From NCBI GenBank assembly GCA_021785355.1, contig JAJYFR010000001.1, positions 135,096-199,095 on the forward strand: a stretch of 64,000 bases of DNA, in the 5' to 3' direction. The DNA is from a bacterium (GTDB taxonomy: Bacteria; Patescibacteriota; Dojkabacteria; JAKAPS01; JAJZLI01). The stretch's first letter is position 1. Each line of letters opens with the position of its first letter. The position numbers and the translations under genes were made by a program. Shown piece after piece: positions 40,845 to 51,085 of the stretch. The notes below the pieces were generated by a model, which saw nothing but the letters and a program-made list of their open reading frames with translations, made no database searches and had not been told where the DNA came from.

Positions 40845-41888
40845 ATGTTTTCAAAGAAGAAAGAAAATTCTAACGTTTTTGCAGTAGATTTCGGCGCTAA
40901 TTCTATAAAGGTAGTAAAGTTAAAGGATGTTGAAAAAAATCCTACTGTTGTATCATTTGGATCAATTCCTATGCCACAAGGAGCATATAGTAGTGAAAAT
41001 GAACAACATAAAAAAGAAATATCTCTTGCTTTAAGTTCTTTGATTAAAGATTTAAATTTAGGAACAAAAAATGTATCTACTTCTCTACCAGATAGTTCTA
41101 TTTTTACAAGAGTTATAAAAATTCCAGCACAAAAAGAATCTGATTTAGAAGAAGCTGTATTTTGGGCATCTAAAAGGAATGTACCTATACCTTTAGAAGA
41201 TGTACAAATAGATTGGTCTATTGTTAATTCAAATACAACAGATGGTCTCACTCAATATGATATTCTTTTAGTAGCTGCTCCAAAATTATTAATAAATAGA
41301 TATGTAGATATATTAACACTTGCAGGATTAGATCCTACTTTTATAGAAACTGAATCTTTATCATTAGTAAGAAGCATGTCTTCTTTGAATGATCCTTCTC
41401 CTAGTATAATTTTAGATTTCGGATATAATTCTATTAATTTAGTTTTTGCATATAGAAAAAATCTTTTATTTAATCAGACAATATCGACAGGGTCTTCTGT
41501 TATAACAAAAGCTATTTCTCAAGAATTCAATCTAGAAGAAATACAAGCTGAAGAATATAAGAAAAATTATGGTTTAGATGCTAATCAATTAGAAGGAAAA
41601 ATATATCGTACTATTACACCTATAATGGATTCTATTATAAATGAGATTAAAAGGATAATTAATGCATATAGATCTACAAATATAGGAGATCTACCTTCAA
41701 AAATCATATTAGTAGGAAATGGTTCAATGCTTCCAGGATTAGTTCTGTATTTAGCTCAAAACCTTAATATGGAAGTAGAAGTTGGTAATCCTTATTCAGG
41801 AGTATATATAAACCCAGAATTAAAAAATAGAATGCCTGTATTATTACCAGGATATGCTGTTTCAATAGGTTTAGCTCTAAAAACATGA
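40845..41888 (+). CDS. pilM: Type IV pilus assembly protein PilM
   Basis: VDFGANSIKVV, LLVAAPK, LDFG, VGNGS.LPGL, IGLALK. Confidence 0.95.
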   Translation: MFSKKKENSNVFAVDFGANSIKVVKLKDVEKNPTVVSFGSIPMPQGAYSSENEQHKKEISLALSSLIKDLNLGTKNVSTSLPDSSIFTRVIKIPAQKESDLEEAVFWASKRNVPIPLEDVQIDWSIVNSNTTDGLTQYDILLVAAPKLLINRYVDILTLAGLDPTFIETESLSLVRSMSSLNDPSPSIILDFGYNSINLVFAYRKNLLFNQTISTGSSVITKAISQEFNLEEIQAEEYKKNYGLDANQLEGKIYRTITPIMDSIINEIKRIINAYRSTNIGDLPSKIILVGNGSMLPGLVLYLAQNLNMEVEVGNPYSGVYINPELKNRMPVLLPGYAVSIGLALKT

Positions 41889-42430
41889 AAAATGAAATTA
41901 ATCTTCTTCCTCAAAAAACAAGAGATGATGTTAAAAGAGAAAGAACAACTTTCTATGTAGATCTTGTTAGTGCAATAGTATTAATAGTGGTAGAATTATC
42001 TTCTTTTGTTTTAATTTTATTATCTCAAGGTTTACAAAAAAAAGTTGATGCAGCAAAAGTATCTTATCAAAAAAATCAAGTTACTATTAATAGTTTTTCA
42101 AAAGTAAATAATTTAATTAATAACATAAATTATAGATATTCAAATATAGTAGCTATTCAAAAAACTTTTTATAATCCAATTGATGTATTTCATAAATTAA
42201 AATTGGTAACACCTTCGAATATAAGTATATATGATATAAATTATGATTATAACGGAAATATATCTTATTATGCTCAAGCTCCTGATGTTTTAAGTGTTGC
42301 AAAATATATGTTTATTATGACTGAGAATAATTCACAAAATAAGTATTTTAATAATACGCAGATATCTTCTTTGAGTATTTCTTCAGGTTCTATTACTTTT
42401 AATGTAACTACAGATTATAATGGGAATTAA
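41885..42430 (+). CDS. pilN: PilN
   Basis: EINLLP PilM-binding motif, TM, coiled coil. Confidence 0.85.
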   Translation: MKNEINLLPQKTRDDVKRERTTFYVDLVSAIVLIVVELSSFVLILLSQGLQKKVDAAKVSYQKNQVTINSFSKVNNLINNINYRYSNIVAIQKTFYNPIDVFHKLKLVTPSNISIYDINYDYNGNISYYAQAPDVLSVAKYMFIMTENNSQNKYFNNTQISSLSISSGSITFNVTTDYNGN

Positions 42431-43079
42431 TTTAAGAAAAAATTTACTTTTATATATAATACCAACAATAATTTTTATTATTGTGTTGTTATCTTTTATC
42501 TTTATAATTATACCTAATTATAATAGTATTATAAATTCTGATAATGAAATTAGTGCATACAATACAAAAAATACTCAATTAAATCAGGAAATAAGTAATT
42601 TAGAAAATTACACATCTAATAATACATCTAATAAACTTAAAAGTGATTTAGCTATTCTAAATACTATTATTCCTAATAATCTTCAATTTGTTACTACTTC
42701 TGGAGATGTTCAGAATATGGCTTTAAATTCTGGGTTAATATTTAAAAATTTATCGAGTGCTCAATTACCTAAATCTTTTAACAGTTCAGTTACAATACCA
42801 GGATTATCTAGTAATATTACCCCTTCTAATGTATCTGTGTCTTTTTCTGGTAATTATTCTCAATTAAAATCTTATATTAACAGTCTAATTACTAATAAAA
42901 TACTTTTTGTTGTTCCTAATATATACTACAGAGGAAATTTAACAGGTAATATTTCAAGTGATAATACTCTAGATGTAAAAGTTACATTCTTCTCTTCTCC
43001 AGATATATCCGAAACTAAATATATTAGTTTAATTAATAATTTGGGAGGTTTAGATAAATATTTAGCTAATTTTCAATAA
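42420..43079 (+). CDS. pilO: PilO
   Basis: TM, coiled coil, IIP, FSGNYSQLKSYI. Confidence 0.8.
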   Translation: MGINLRKNLLLYIIPTIIFIIVLLSFIFIIIPNYNSIINSDNEISAYNTKNTQLNQEISNLENYTSNNTSNKLKSDLAILNTIIPNNLQFVTTSGDVQNMALNSGLIFKNLSSAQLPKSFNSSVTIPGLSSNITPSNVSVSFSGNYSQLKSYINSLITNKILFVVPNIYYRGNLTGNISSDNTLDVKVTFFSSPDISETKYISLINNLGGLDKYLANFQ

Positions 43080-43286
43080 TTTTTTTACAGTATCTGTAGG
43101 TTGAGCACCTGTAGAAATCCATTTATCTAGTTTTTCTTTGTTGAACTCTAATTCTTTTGTTATTGGTGAATAGTGCCCTATATTATCAATGAATTTACCA
43201 TCTCTTTTAGTGGTAGATAAAGCAACTACTATTCTGTAATTAGCTTGATCTTTTTTACCTGTTCTCGTTAATTTTATCTTTATCAT
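43062..43286 (-). CDS. rpsP: 30S ribosomal protein S16
   Basis: IKIKLTRTGKK, YRIVV, GAQPTDTV. Confidence 0.97.
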   Translation of the reverse strand: MIKIKLTRTGKKDQANYRIVVALSTTKRDGKFIDNIGHYSPITKELEFNKEKLDKWISTGAQPTDTVKKLLKIS

Positions 43287-43944
43287 ATATTTTATTTAGT
43301 ATATTTGTAGCTGCACTTTCTTCTGCTTCTTGTTTACTCTTCCCTATTCCTTGTGATACTGTTTTTTTATTTATCACAAGCTCTACAGTAAAAGTTTTGT
43401 CATGAGCAGGTCCCTCCTCTTTAATAACCTTATATTTCGGAGTGGATTTATATTTAGATTGAGATATTTCTTGTAACTGAGATTTATTATTAATATAACT
43501 CTTGTCTCTTATAATATCTTCTAATATATAGTAAAGGTTATTGTACAAGAAATCATTAGTATATTCAAGTCCTCTATCTAAATACAGAGCCCCTATGAAA
43601 GCTTCAAACGCATCTTCTAGTATTGTTTGTCTTTCTCTACCTCCAGATTCATCTTCACCCTTGCTCATTAGAATATAATTTCCAAAAGATAAAGAAGCTG
43701 CTATTTTAGATAAAGTTTCTGTTTTTACTAAAGATGACCTATAACTTGTCAGTATGCCTTCTTTTTCATTAGGAAATTTATTATATATATATTTAGATAC
43801 TAGTAATTCTATTACTGCATCTCCTAAAAACTCTAATCTTTCATTATTTTCTCCATTAAAGGATCTGTGAGTCAAAGATTTTCTAAATAATTCTATATCA
43901 TTAATTTTTAAATTTAATTTTTCTATTAAATCTTCTACATTCAT
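43255..43944 (-). CDS. rnc: Ribonuclease III
   Basis: NERLEFLGDAV, DAFEAFIGALYLD, dsRBD. Confidence 0.98.
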   Translation of the reverse strand: MNVEDLIEKLNLKINDIELFRKSLTHRSFNGENNERLEFLGDAVIELLVSKYIYNKFPNEKEGILTSYRSSLVKTETLSKIAASLSFGNYILMSKGEDESGGRERQTILEDAFEAFIGALYLDRGLEYTNDFLYNNLYYILEDIIRDKSYINNKSQLQEISQSKYKSTPKYKVIKEEGPAHDKTFTVELVINKKTVSQGIGKSKQEAEESAATNILNKIYDKDKINENR

Positions 43945-44345
43945 TTCATTAAATTACCTAATACTCCACTTACAAATTTAGAACTTGGTATATCTCCAAA
44001 TTCTTTTGCAAGCTCAATTGCTTCATCTATAGATACTTTTGGTGGTGTTATTTTACCAACAAACCCCTCATAAATAGCTATTTTAATTATCAAAAGATCT
44101 ATTTTATTAATTTTACTTGAAGGTCTTTCTAGACTAGCTTTCTTTACAATCTCTAAAATTTCTTTTTCATTATTCTTTATTCCATATACTATTTTATTTA
44201 ATAATTCTTTGTCAAATTCTTGACTTCTATCTAATTCCAAGAGTTCTTTATTTGTAAAAACATTTGTTCTTAAGAAAGATCTATTAAATAATTTTTGTAA
44301 AGCAATTATTCTGGATAAATGTCTAGGATCACGCTTTGATTTCAT
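43941..44345 (-). CDS. nusB: Transcription antitermination factor NusB
   Basis: PPKVSIDEAIELAKEFG, FVSGVL. Confidence 0.95.
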   Translation of the reverse strand: MKSKRDPRHLSRIIALQKLFNRSFLRTNVFTNKELLELDRSQEFDKELLNKIVYGIKNNEKEILEIVKKASLERPSSKINKIDLLIIKIAIYEGFVGKITPPKVSIDEAIELAKEFGDIPSSKFVSGVLGNLMK

Positions 44346-44356
44346 CTTTTATAAAA

Positions 44357-44533
44357 CTATAAAGGTAGTACCACTTTGTCTTTATATTTTCCACATTTCA
44401 AACAAGCATTATGTGGTAACATTTTTGATTTACAATTAGGACATACTGTAAGAGTTGGAACAATAGCGTGATAATGTGAACGCCTATTATTTTTTCTAGC
44501 ATGTGATATTTTTCTTTTTGGTGTTGCTGCCAT
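44357..44533 (-). CDS. rpmF: 50S ribosomal protein L32 (absent from ORF track)
   Basis: Manual translation MAATPKRKISHARKNNRRSH...CPNC...PHNACLKCGKYK (58 aa). Confidence 0.96.
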   Translation of the reverse strand: MAATPKRKISHARKNNRRSHYHAIVPTLTVCPNCKSKMLPHNACLKCGKYKDKVVLPL

Positions 44534-44540
44534 AACCTAT

Positions 44541-44570
44541 ATTATATTATTAAAACAATCAAAAAGTCAA
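44541..44570 (-). promoter_or_regulatory. Promoter of rpmF-nusB-rnc-rpsP, probably leaderless
   Basis: TTGACT-18 nt-TATAAT-7 nt-ATG. Confidence 0.6.
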
Positions 44571-45103
44571 TCTTTTATATAGAAAGTTAATGCAGTTTTT
44601 CCATATTTTTTTGAGTTTATTATATTTAAACCTTTGATACTTCTCTCTTCCCTATTAGATTCTCTTTCGAAGATGAGTATTCCATCTTTTTTAAGTAAAT
44701 GTATAGATTTAGAAACTATACCTTCATTTGTTATATCATAAGGTTGAAATACAAATATAATATCATACTTATCATCTATAGTTTTATTATATCTTAGAAA
44801 AATTTCAGCAGGTATATTATAAACTTCATTATTACTTAAATTAAGTTTTAGTAAATTTTCTTTTATTATGTCACAAGCTTTCTTATTTATATCAATGAAA
44901 TCACATAATTTTGCACCCCTAGAAAGAGCTTCTATGCCTAAAGCTCCTGATCCTGCATATAAATCTAGTATATAACTTTTTTTAATCTTATCATTTATAA
45001 CTGAGAACAAAGCAGATTTTACTATGCCACTAAGAGGTCTCGTATCCTTCGGTACCTTTAATTTTGTTCTTTTAAATTTTCCTCCAATTACTCGTAATTC
45101 CAT
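44567..45103 (-). CDS. rsmD: 16S rRNA m2G966 methyltransferase RsmD
   Basis: LRVIGGKFK, LDLYAGSGALGIEALSRGA, KKYG. Confidence 0.93.
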   Translation of the reverse strand: MELRVIGGKFKRTKLKVPKDTRPLSGIVKSALFSVINDKIKKSYILDLYAGSGALGIEALSRGAKLCDFIDINKKACDIIKENLLKLNLSNNEVYNIPAEIFLRYNKTIDDKYDIIFVFQPYDITNEGIVSKSIHLLKKDGILIFERESNREERSIKGLNIINSKKYGKTALTFYIKD

Positions 45104-45104
45104 T

Positions 45105-47084
45105 TTAATTCATTGATAATATACTATCTTGAGCCTCTCTTATTTTATTTTTTAATTGAGGATATTTATCTAATACGTTAATTATATCTGAAACAGCTTC
45201 TCTTGTCAGTTTTATCAAGTCTTTATCTAAGAGTGAAGCCATTTTTAGATCTGGGGTTCCTGATTGATTTTGCCCATATATTTCTCCTGGACCTCTTTTT
45301 TGTAAATCAAATTCTGCTAATTCTAATCCATTATTATTTTTCTTAAAAAAATTTAATCTCTCATTGTAAGGATTAGATGTGAATAAAAAACAAAAAGATT
45401 CTTTATCTGATCTACCTACTCTACCTCTTAGTTGGTGTAATTGTGCTAATCCAAATCTTTCTGCATTTTCTATTATTATTATAGTTGCATCTTTTATATC
45501 TATTCCTACTTCAATAATAGGTGTTGATACTAAAATATCAAATTCTTTCTTTTTAAATTTACTTAATATCAACTCTTTATTCTTTGTTTTTCCATGTAGT
45601 ATCTCTATTTTTTCTTCTGTAAAAACATTATTTTTAAGGTATTTAAACTCATCTTGTACGTTTTTGACAGGAATTTTTTCGGATTCATTTATAAGTGGAC
45701 ATAATATAAATATTTGTTCTCCTGCTCTAACTCTTTCTTTAATAAATTTATATGTATCCTCTCTTTTATTTTCAGGAATAATATATGTTTTTACATCTTT
45801 TCTTCCTTTTGGCATATCATCAAGTCTAGATATATCTAAATCTCCATACAGTCCTAATGCAAGAGTTCTAGGGATAGGTGTTGCTGTCATAGTAAGGACA
45901 TGCGGATAATATCCTTTATTTATTAATTCTTCTCTTTGCCTTATACCAAATCTGTGCTGTTCGTCTATAATTACTAATCCTAAATTTTTAAATATTTCAT
46001 TACTAAATAATGCATGAGTACCAATAAATAAAGATGCTGATCTATCAAAAGTTTTTGTTTTCGATGTTATTAGTTGTATTTTTAAATCTTTAAACAGAGA
46101 TTTTGCAGTTTTATAGTGTTGAGATGCTAGCACTGATGTTGGTACCATTATTGCAGTCTGTAATTTATTGAGATTTATTATATATGCAGCAGTTAGAGCT
46201 ACTATAGTTTTTCCAGAACCTACGTCACCTTCTAAAAGTCTATTCATAGGAATACCTTTCTTTATATCTTCTATGATTTCATTGATACTTCTTGTTTGAG
46301 ATAAAGTTAATTTAAAATTTAGATTGTTTATGAAATCTTTAATTTTGATATCATCTACACTTATCTTGTAACTTGTACGTTTTTTTCTTTCCTCTTTTTT
46401 TAAATAAGAGAGTATTTGTATGTATAGTATTTCTTCAAAACCTAATCTTCTTTTTGCTTCATTGATATCTTCAAAATTAAGAGGGAAATGTAATTTTCTT
46501 AGAGCATCATTTATTTCTAAAAGATCATACTTCTCTCTTATTTCTGAAGGTATATATTCTTCTACTTTCATATTATCTAAGATATTTTTTATTCTTGATC
46601 GTAGCCATTTTGAAGATATTCCTTTAGTTTGAGAATATATAGGAGTTATTCTTGAAAGATGTATATTTTCCTTATTTTCTCTCTGAATCTCATATTGAGG
46701 TGATTTAAAAAGAACAGAGTTTTTTTCGTAATATGCTGTTCCTGAGAGAGTTATTTCTGTATCTAATTTAATATTATTGGATATATATGGTTGATTAAAC
46801 CATATTATATTGGCAGTTCCTGTATCATCTGTAATTTGAGCGGTGATAATATTTTTTTTATTTTTTGTATATATACTTTTTATAGATGTTATATACCCTT
46901 TTATTATGTTTTTTTCTCCTATAAATATATCTTCTATATTTATAACATTTCTAGAATCTTCATATTTGATTGGATAAAAATACAATAGATTTTTTAATGT
47001 AAATATATTTAACTTCTTAAGTAAATTAGCATACTTTTCTCCTATATAATAGGCTTTAGATACGTCAATATCTAAATTATCCAT
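45105..47084 (-). CDS. recG: ATP-dependent DNA helicase RecG
   Basis: GDVGSGKT, DEQHRFG, MTATPIPRTL, QLHQLRGRVGR. Confidence 0.98.
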   Translation of the reverse strand: MDNLDIDVSKAYYIGEKYANLLKKLNIFTLKNLLYFYPIKYEDSRNVINIEDIFIGEKNIIKGYITSIKSIYTKNKKNIITAQITDDTGTANIIWFNQPYISNNIKLDTEITLSGTAYYEKNSVLFKSPQYEIQRENKENIHLSRITPIYSQTKGISSKWLRSRIKNILDNMKVEEYIPSEIREKYDLLEINDALRKLHFPLNFEDINEAKRRLGFEEILYIQILSYLKKEERKKRTSYKISVDDIKIKDFINNLNFKLTLSQTRSINEIIEDIKKGIPMNRLLEGDVGSGKTIVALTAAYIINLNKLQTAIMVPTSVLASQHYKTAKSLFKDLKIQLITSKTKTFDRSASLFIGTHALFSNEIFKNLGLVIIDEQHRFGIRQREELINKGYYPHVLTMTATPIPRTLALGLYGDLDISRLDDMPKGRKDVKTYIIPENKREDTYKFIKERVRAGEQIFILCPLINESEKIPVKNVQDEFKYLKNNVFTEEKIEILHGKTKNKELILSKFKKKEFDILVSTPIIEVGIDIKDATIIIIENAERFGLAQLHQLRGRVGRSDKESFCFLFTSNPYNERLNFFKKNNNGLELAEFDLQKRGPGEIYGQNQSGTPDLKMASLLDKDLIKLTREAVSDIINVLDKYPQLKNKIREAQDSILSMN

Positions 47085-47197
47085 TAATTAAATATAGCTA
47101 ACAAACTAGAAAGAAGTAAACCTACTATAGTAATTACCATAATGATGATAAATATAGTATTGCCGTGTTTTTGAAATAATTTTTTCTTTCTACTCAT
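47084..47197 (-). CDS. Unannotated 37-aa single-TM peptide
   Basis: MSRKKKLFQKHGNTIFIIIMVITIVGLLLSSLLAIFN; start overlaps tyrS stop and stop overlaps recG start. Confidence 0.75.
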   Translation of the reverse strand: MSRKKKLFQKHGNTIFIIIMVITIVGLLLSSLLAIFN

Positions 47198-48401
47198 GAT
47201 TTATTTTTATAATATTTCTTTTCCCTATTTTTATTATCATATCATTTTTTATTTCAATTAATGTATTAATTTCATTTATTCTTGTATCGTTAATATAAAC
47301 TCCTCCTGAAGATATTAATCTTCTAGCTTCTGCTTTTGAAGGAACTTGACCTGTATAAGATGATATTAAATCTAGTATATTAATATTACTTTCTTTAATA
47401 TCTACAACTATTATATCATCTAAAGATTTAAAATCTTTATTTTGCACTAGTTTTTTAAAATTATTCTCGGCTTTAATAGCATCTTCGTAAGAAGAATACA
47501 TTTTTGTAATCTCTTTTGCGAGTATTTTTTTAATATCCATCATAGCACTACTTCCTAATGAATTTTCTACATCTTCCTCCATTTCTTTTATTAATTTATC
47601 TGTAAACCTTGTTGTAATAGTAAAGTATTCAATTATACTATCATCTTTAATACTCATAACTTTTCCATATATATCTTCAGGTTTATCAGTAATGTTTATT
47701 ACATTTCCCCAAGATGTAGACATTTTTCTTCCATCAGTACCTGAGAGTAGTTTTTTTGTTACAATATTTTGTTTTTTCATTTTAAATATACCTTGAATTT
47801 CCCTTCCAGATAGAAGATTAAACAATTGATCCGAACCTCCTAGTTCTACATCAGCTTTTATAGCTACAGAGTCATATCCTTGCATTAAGGGATATAGAAA
47901 TTCATGTAAACCAATAGGTTTATTATTTTTATATCGTTCACTAAAGTTTTCTCTCTCAATCATTTGTGAGACAGTAAAGTTACTTGAGAGATTGAGTATA
48001 TCTTTGAAATTTAATAAAGATAACCATTCTGAATTATATCTAAATTCTACCTTATCTAAATCAAGTATTTTTCCTATTTGCTCTTTATAGTGTTCTAAAT
48101 TAGCATGTATTTGAGTTTCTGTAACCAGCTCTCTTCGATCTTCTTTATCAGAACTGTCCCCTATTAACGCAGTAAAATCTCCTATTATGAGTACAACTAC
48201 ATGCCCCAATTCTTGAAAATCCCTTAATCTTTGTATTGTAGAGGCTCTACCTATATGTATTTTCTTCCCAGTAGGATCTATTCCAAATTTCACTCTAAGT
48301 TTAGACTTCCCATCTTCTAGAAGTGTTTTTAAGTTTTTCTCATCTATGACTCTAAATGTAGCTCTTTTAAGTATTAAATTTTTTGGATCTTCGTATTTCA
48401 T
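47190..48401 (-). CDS. tyrS: Tyrosyl-tRNA synthetase
   Basis: KFGIDPT, HIGR, YPLMQGYD, GGSDQ, KMSTS, C-terminal S4 domain. Confidence 0.98.
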   Translation of the reverse strand: MKYEDPKNLILKRATFRVIDEKNLKTLLEDGKSKLRVKFGIDPTGKKIHIGRASTIQRLRDFQELGHVVVLIIGDFTALIGDSSDKEDRRELVTETQIHANLEHYKEQIGKILDLDKVEFRYNSEWLSLLNFKDILNLSSNFTVSQMIERENFSERYKNNKPIGLHEFLYPLMQGYDSVAIKADVELGGSDQLFNLLSGREIQGIFKMKKQNIVTKKLLSGTDGRKMSTSWGNVINITDKPEDIYGKVMSIKDDSIIEYFTITTRFTDKLIKEMEEDVENSLGSSAMMDIKKILAKEITKMYSSYEDAIKAENNFKKLVQNKDFKSLDDIIVVDIKESNINILDLISSYTGQVPSKAEARRLISSGGVYINDTRINEINTLIEIKNDMIIKIGKRNIIKINHE

Positions 48402-48465
48402 TTATTTAGTTTTAATCTTTTTATATTATATATAATAACAAATTATATGATATAATTTAAGTATA

Positions 48466-51081
48466 ATGAAAGTTTTAAATGTTTTTGGAGACAAAAATAA
48501 TAATACGAAGTCTATTCGTAAGAAGAAATCTTCAATAGACACTAAAAATAAAAAATTAATAGTAAAGCTATTTAAATATAGTTTCATGTTTGTAGGAGTT
48601 ATTATGTTATTAGGTGCAATTGCGGTTGCATATCTGATAATAAAGTATTCTTTTGAATTGCCACCAGCTGGGACTCCTTTTACAAAAGCTTATGCTCAAA
48701 CAACAAGTATATATTCCAGAGGAGGTACTCTACTCTATAGTTTTCATGGTTCACAAAATAGAGAGTCTATTCCTTTGAGTCAAATTCCTAAAAAATTACA
48801 AATGGCAGTTATTGCTGCAGAAGACAAGAATTTTTATAACGAGCCCTTAGGAATTTCTTTTAGAGGTATTCTTAGAGCTTTCTATTATGATGTTTTTAAA
48901 AGAGGGTCTGGAAATCTCCAAGGTGGAAGTACTATTACTCAGCAGTTAGTTAAAGATACAATACTTACATCTCAGCAAACATTACAAAGAAAATTGAAAG
49001 AGATAATATTAACAATAGAAATTTCCCAGAGATATAGTAAACAACAGATTTTACAACAATATCTAAATGAAGTTTATTTTGGAGGAAATGTTTATGGAGT
49101 AAAAGTTGCATCAGAAACTTATTTTAATAAAGAACCAAATCAGCTTACGTTAGCTCAATGTGCTATCTTAGCAGGAATGATTCAAGCTCCATCCTTTTAT
49201 TCACCTTTATTTGGAACAAGTCCTAAATACTTAATTCCTAGAACTGACTATGTTTTAAATCAAATGCTTAATGATAAATATGAAACAGGTGTTACAAATA
49301 AAGAAATTCAAGCTGCAAAGAGTCAAATTCCTCATATGCAATATAATACAAGTAGTGTATCTCAGAACATAAAGGATCCTTGGTTTGTATACTATGTGAA
49401 AAATGAATTAGAAAAAAAATATGGAGTTAATACTGTAGATACTAGTGGTTGGAAAGTATATACAACTCTTAGTTGGAAAATGGAAAAATTAGCTCAATCT
49501 ACAGTAACGAATGCTGTAAATTATCTTATATCTTCAGGTTTTAATGCACATAATGCTTCTTTGGTATCTGTAGATCCTAATAATGGGGAAATTCTAACTA
49601 TGGTAGGTGCTTATAAATATGGGGTATCTATGTTTAATGGACAAATGGATGGATATTATAATGCAGCTCTAGCCCCCAGACAACCGGGTTCTTCTATTAA
49701 GCCATTTTTATATGCAGCTGCATTTCAGGATTTAGGTTTCTCTTCTACAACTATGATGCAAGATCTTCCTATTAATATTAATGGTTATGCTCCAACAGAT
49801 TGGAATAATTTATATGAGGGTCCTATTAATATTAAGGCAGCACTAAGGGGTTCTCGTAACATACCTGCTGTAGAAACCTTATATGCATTAGGTATATCAA
49901 ATTTCATTAAAGAATTGCATTTATTTGGATTTACAGGTGTATCTCAATATAAAAATGATTTATCTATAGCTATAGGAGCTGCAGGTGTACCTCTATTAGA
50001 AAATACAGAAGCTTATTCTACTTTAGCAAATGGTGGTATTAAATATCCTACTGTATCTATACTTAAGATAGTAAATTCTTCTGGAAAAGTAATATATCAA
50101 TATAATCCTAGTAGTGTTGGTCAAAGAATTATAAAACAAAGATATACATATATGATAGATAAAATTATTACTAAATATCCTACAGTATTTTATTCTCCTT
50201 CAATATATTATGGAGGTTATGCTGGTGCTGTTGTAGAGAAAACAGGTACAAGTAATTTGTCTAGAGATTTAGTTTTAATGGGATATACATCTTCTTTAGC
50301 TACTGGAATGTGGGCAGGAAATGATAATAATGCTCCTACTGAAAATTATTCTTATGGTGAGTATTTGGCTCCATTTTGGAATAAATATATGATGGAAGTT
50401 CTTCCTATGTTTCCTAAACCAACATTTCAAAGACCTTCAGGAGTAGTAACTGATTATGTTTGTGCTAATGATGGTTTGCTTCCTGTACAAGGAGATTCTT
50501 GTGCTCAAACTTTAGGTTATTTTTCACAAGGGCAATTACCTAAATTGGATAACCAAAATCAAACAGTAAAAGTATGTAAAGAAAATACTAATCTTCTTGC
50601 AACTCAAAGTCAGATATCTTCAGGTGATTATATAAATAAAACATATGTACAATTACAAGCTTATTCACCTTTATTTCAATCCGCTATTAATGCTTGGGAG
50701 GCAGCTCAATCACCTACTTCAACTATAGCATATGCTCCAGTTCCTACTCAATATTGTAATCAATATTCTGGTCCTAACAATACTATTGCAATAAATAGCT
50801 CTAGTCCTACATCAAATCAAAGTTATAGTATAACTTCAGGAAACAGTATTAATGTATCTGGGGTAGCTGTGTCACCTAATAATATTACAAATATAACCAT
50901 AAAGTTAGAAAATTCTTCTGGAAGTGTAGTAGGACAACCTCAGGTTATAAATAATAATGCTAATTATAATGTGAATTTTCAATTACCTACTATTCCAGGA
51001 CAATATAGTGTTGTTATTACGGCACAGGATTCAAATAATGTAAGTGGTAATAGTACTATTAATATACAAGTAACTCCATAG
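48466..51081 (+). CDS. Class A penicillin-binding protein with C-terminal Ig-like domain
   Basis: EDKNF, GGSTITQQLVK, RKLKE; GSSIK, SRN, KTGT. Confidence 0.95.
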   Translation: MKVLNVFGDKNNNTKSIRKKKSSIDTKNKKLIVKLFKYSFMFVGVIMLLGAIAVAYLIIKYSFELPPAGTPFTKAYAQTTSIYSRGGTLLYSFHGSQNRESIPLSQIPKKLQMAVIAAEDKNFYNEPLGISFRGILRAFYYDVFKRGSGNLQGGSTITQQLVKDTILTSQQTLQRKLKEIILTIEISQRYSKQQILQQYLNEVYFGGNVYGVKVASETYFNKEPNQLTLAQCAILAGMIQAPSFYSPLFGTSPKYLIPRTDYVLNQMLNDKYETGVTNKEIQAAKSQIPHMQYNTSSVSQNIKDPWFVYYVKNELEKKYGVNTVDTSGWKVYTTLSWKMEKLAQSTVTNAVNYLISSGFNAHNASLVSVDPNNGEILTMVGAYKYGVSMFNGQMDGYYNAALAPRQPGSSIKPFLYAAAFQDLGFSSTTMMQDLPININGYAPTDWNNLYEGPINIKAALRGSRNIPAVETLYALGISNFIKELHLFGFTGVSQYKNDLSIAIGAAGVPLLENTEAYSTLANGGIKYPTVSILKIVNSSGKVIYQYNPSSVGQRIIKQRYTYMIDKIITKYPTVFYSPSIYYGGYAGAVVEKTGTSNLSRDLVLMGYTSSLATGMWAGNDNNAPTENYSYGEYLAPFWNKYMMEVLPMFPKPTFQRPSGVVTDYVCANDGLLPVQGDSCAQTLGYFSQGQLPKLDNQNQTVKVCKENTNLLATQSQISSGDYINKTYVQLQAYSPLFQSAINAWEAAQSPTSTIAYAPVPTQYCNQYSGPNNTIAINSSSPTSNQSYSITSGNSINVSGVAVSPNNITNITIKLENSSGSVVGQPQVINNNANYNVNFQLPTIPGQYSVVITAQDSNNVSGNSTINIQVTP

Positions 51082-51085
51082 ATTT

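Noticed and set aside
24037-41251. Short overlapping ORFs at 24037, 26497, 31836, 34938 and 40829
   Set aside because: Antisense shadows of xer, gyrA, pilB, pilC and pilM
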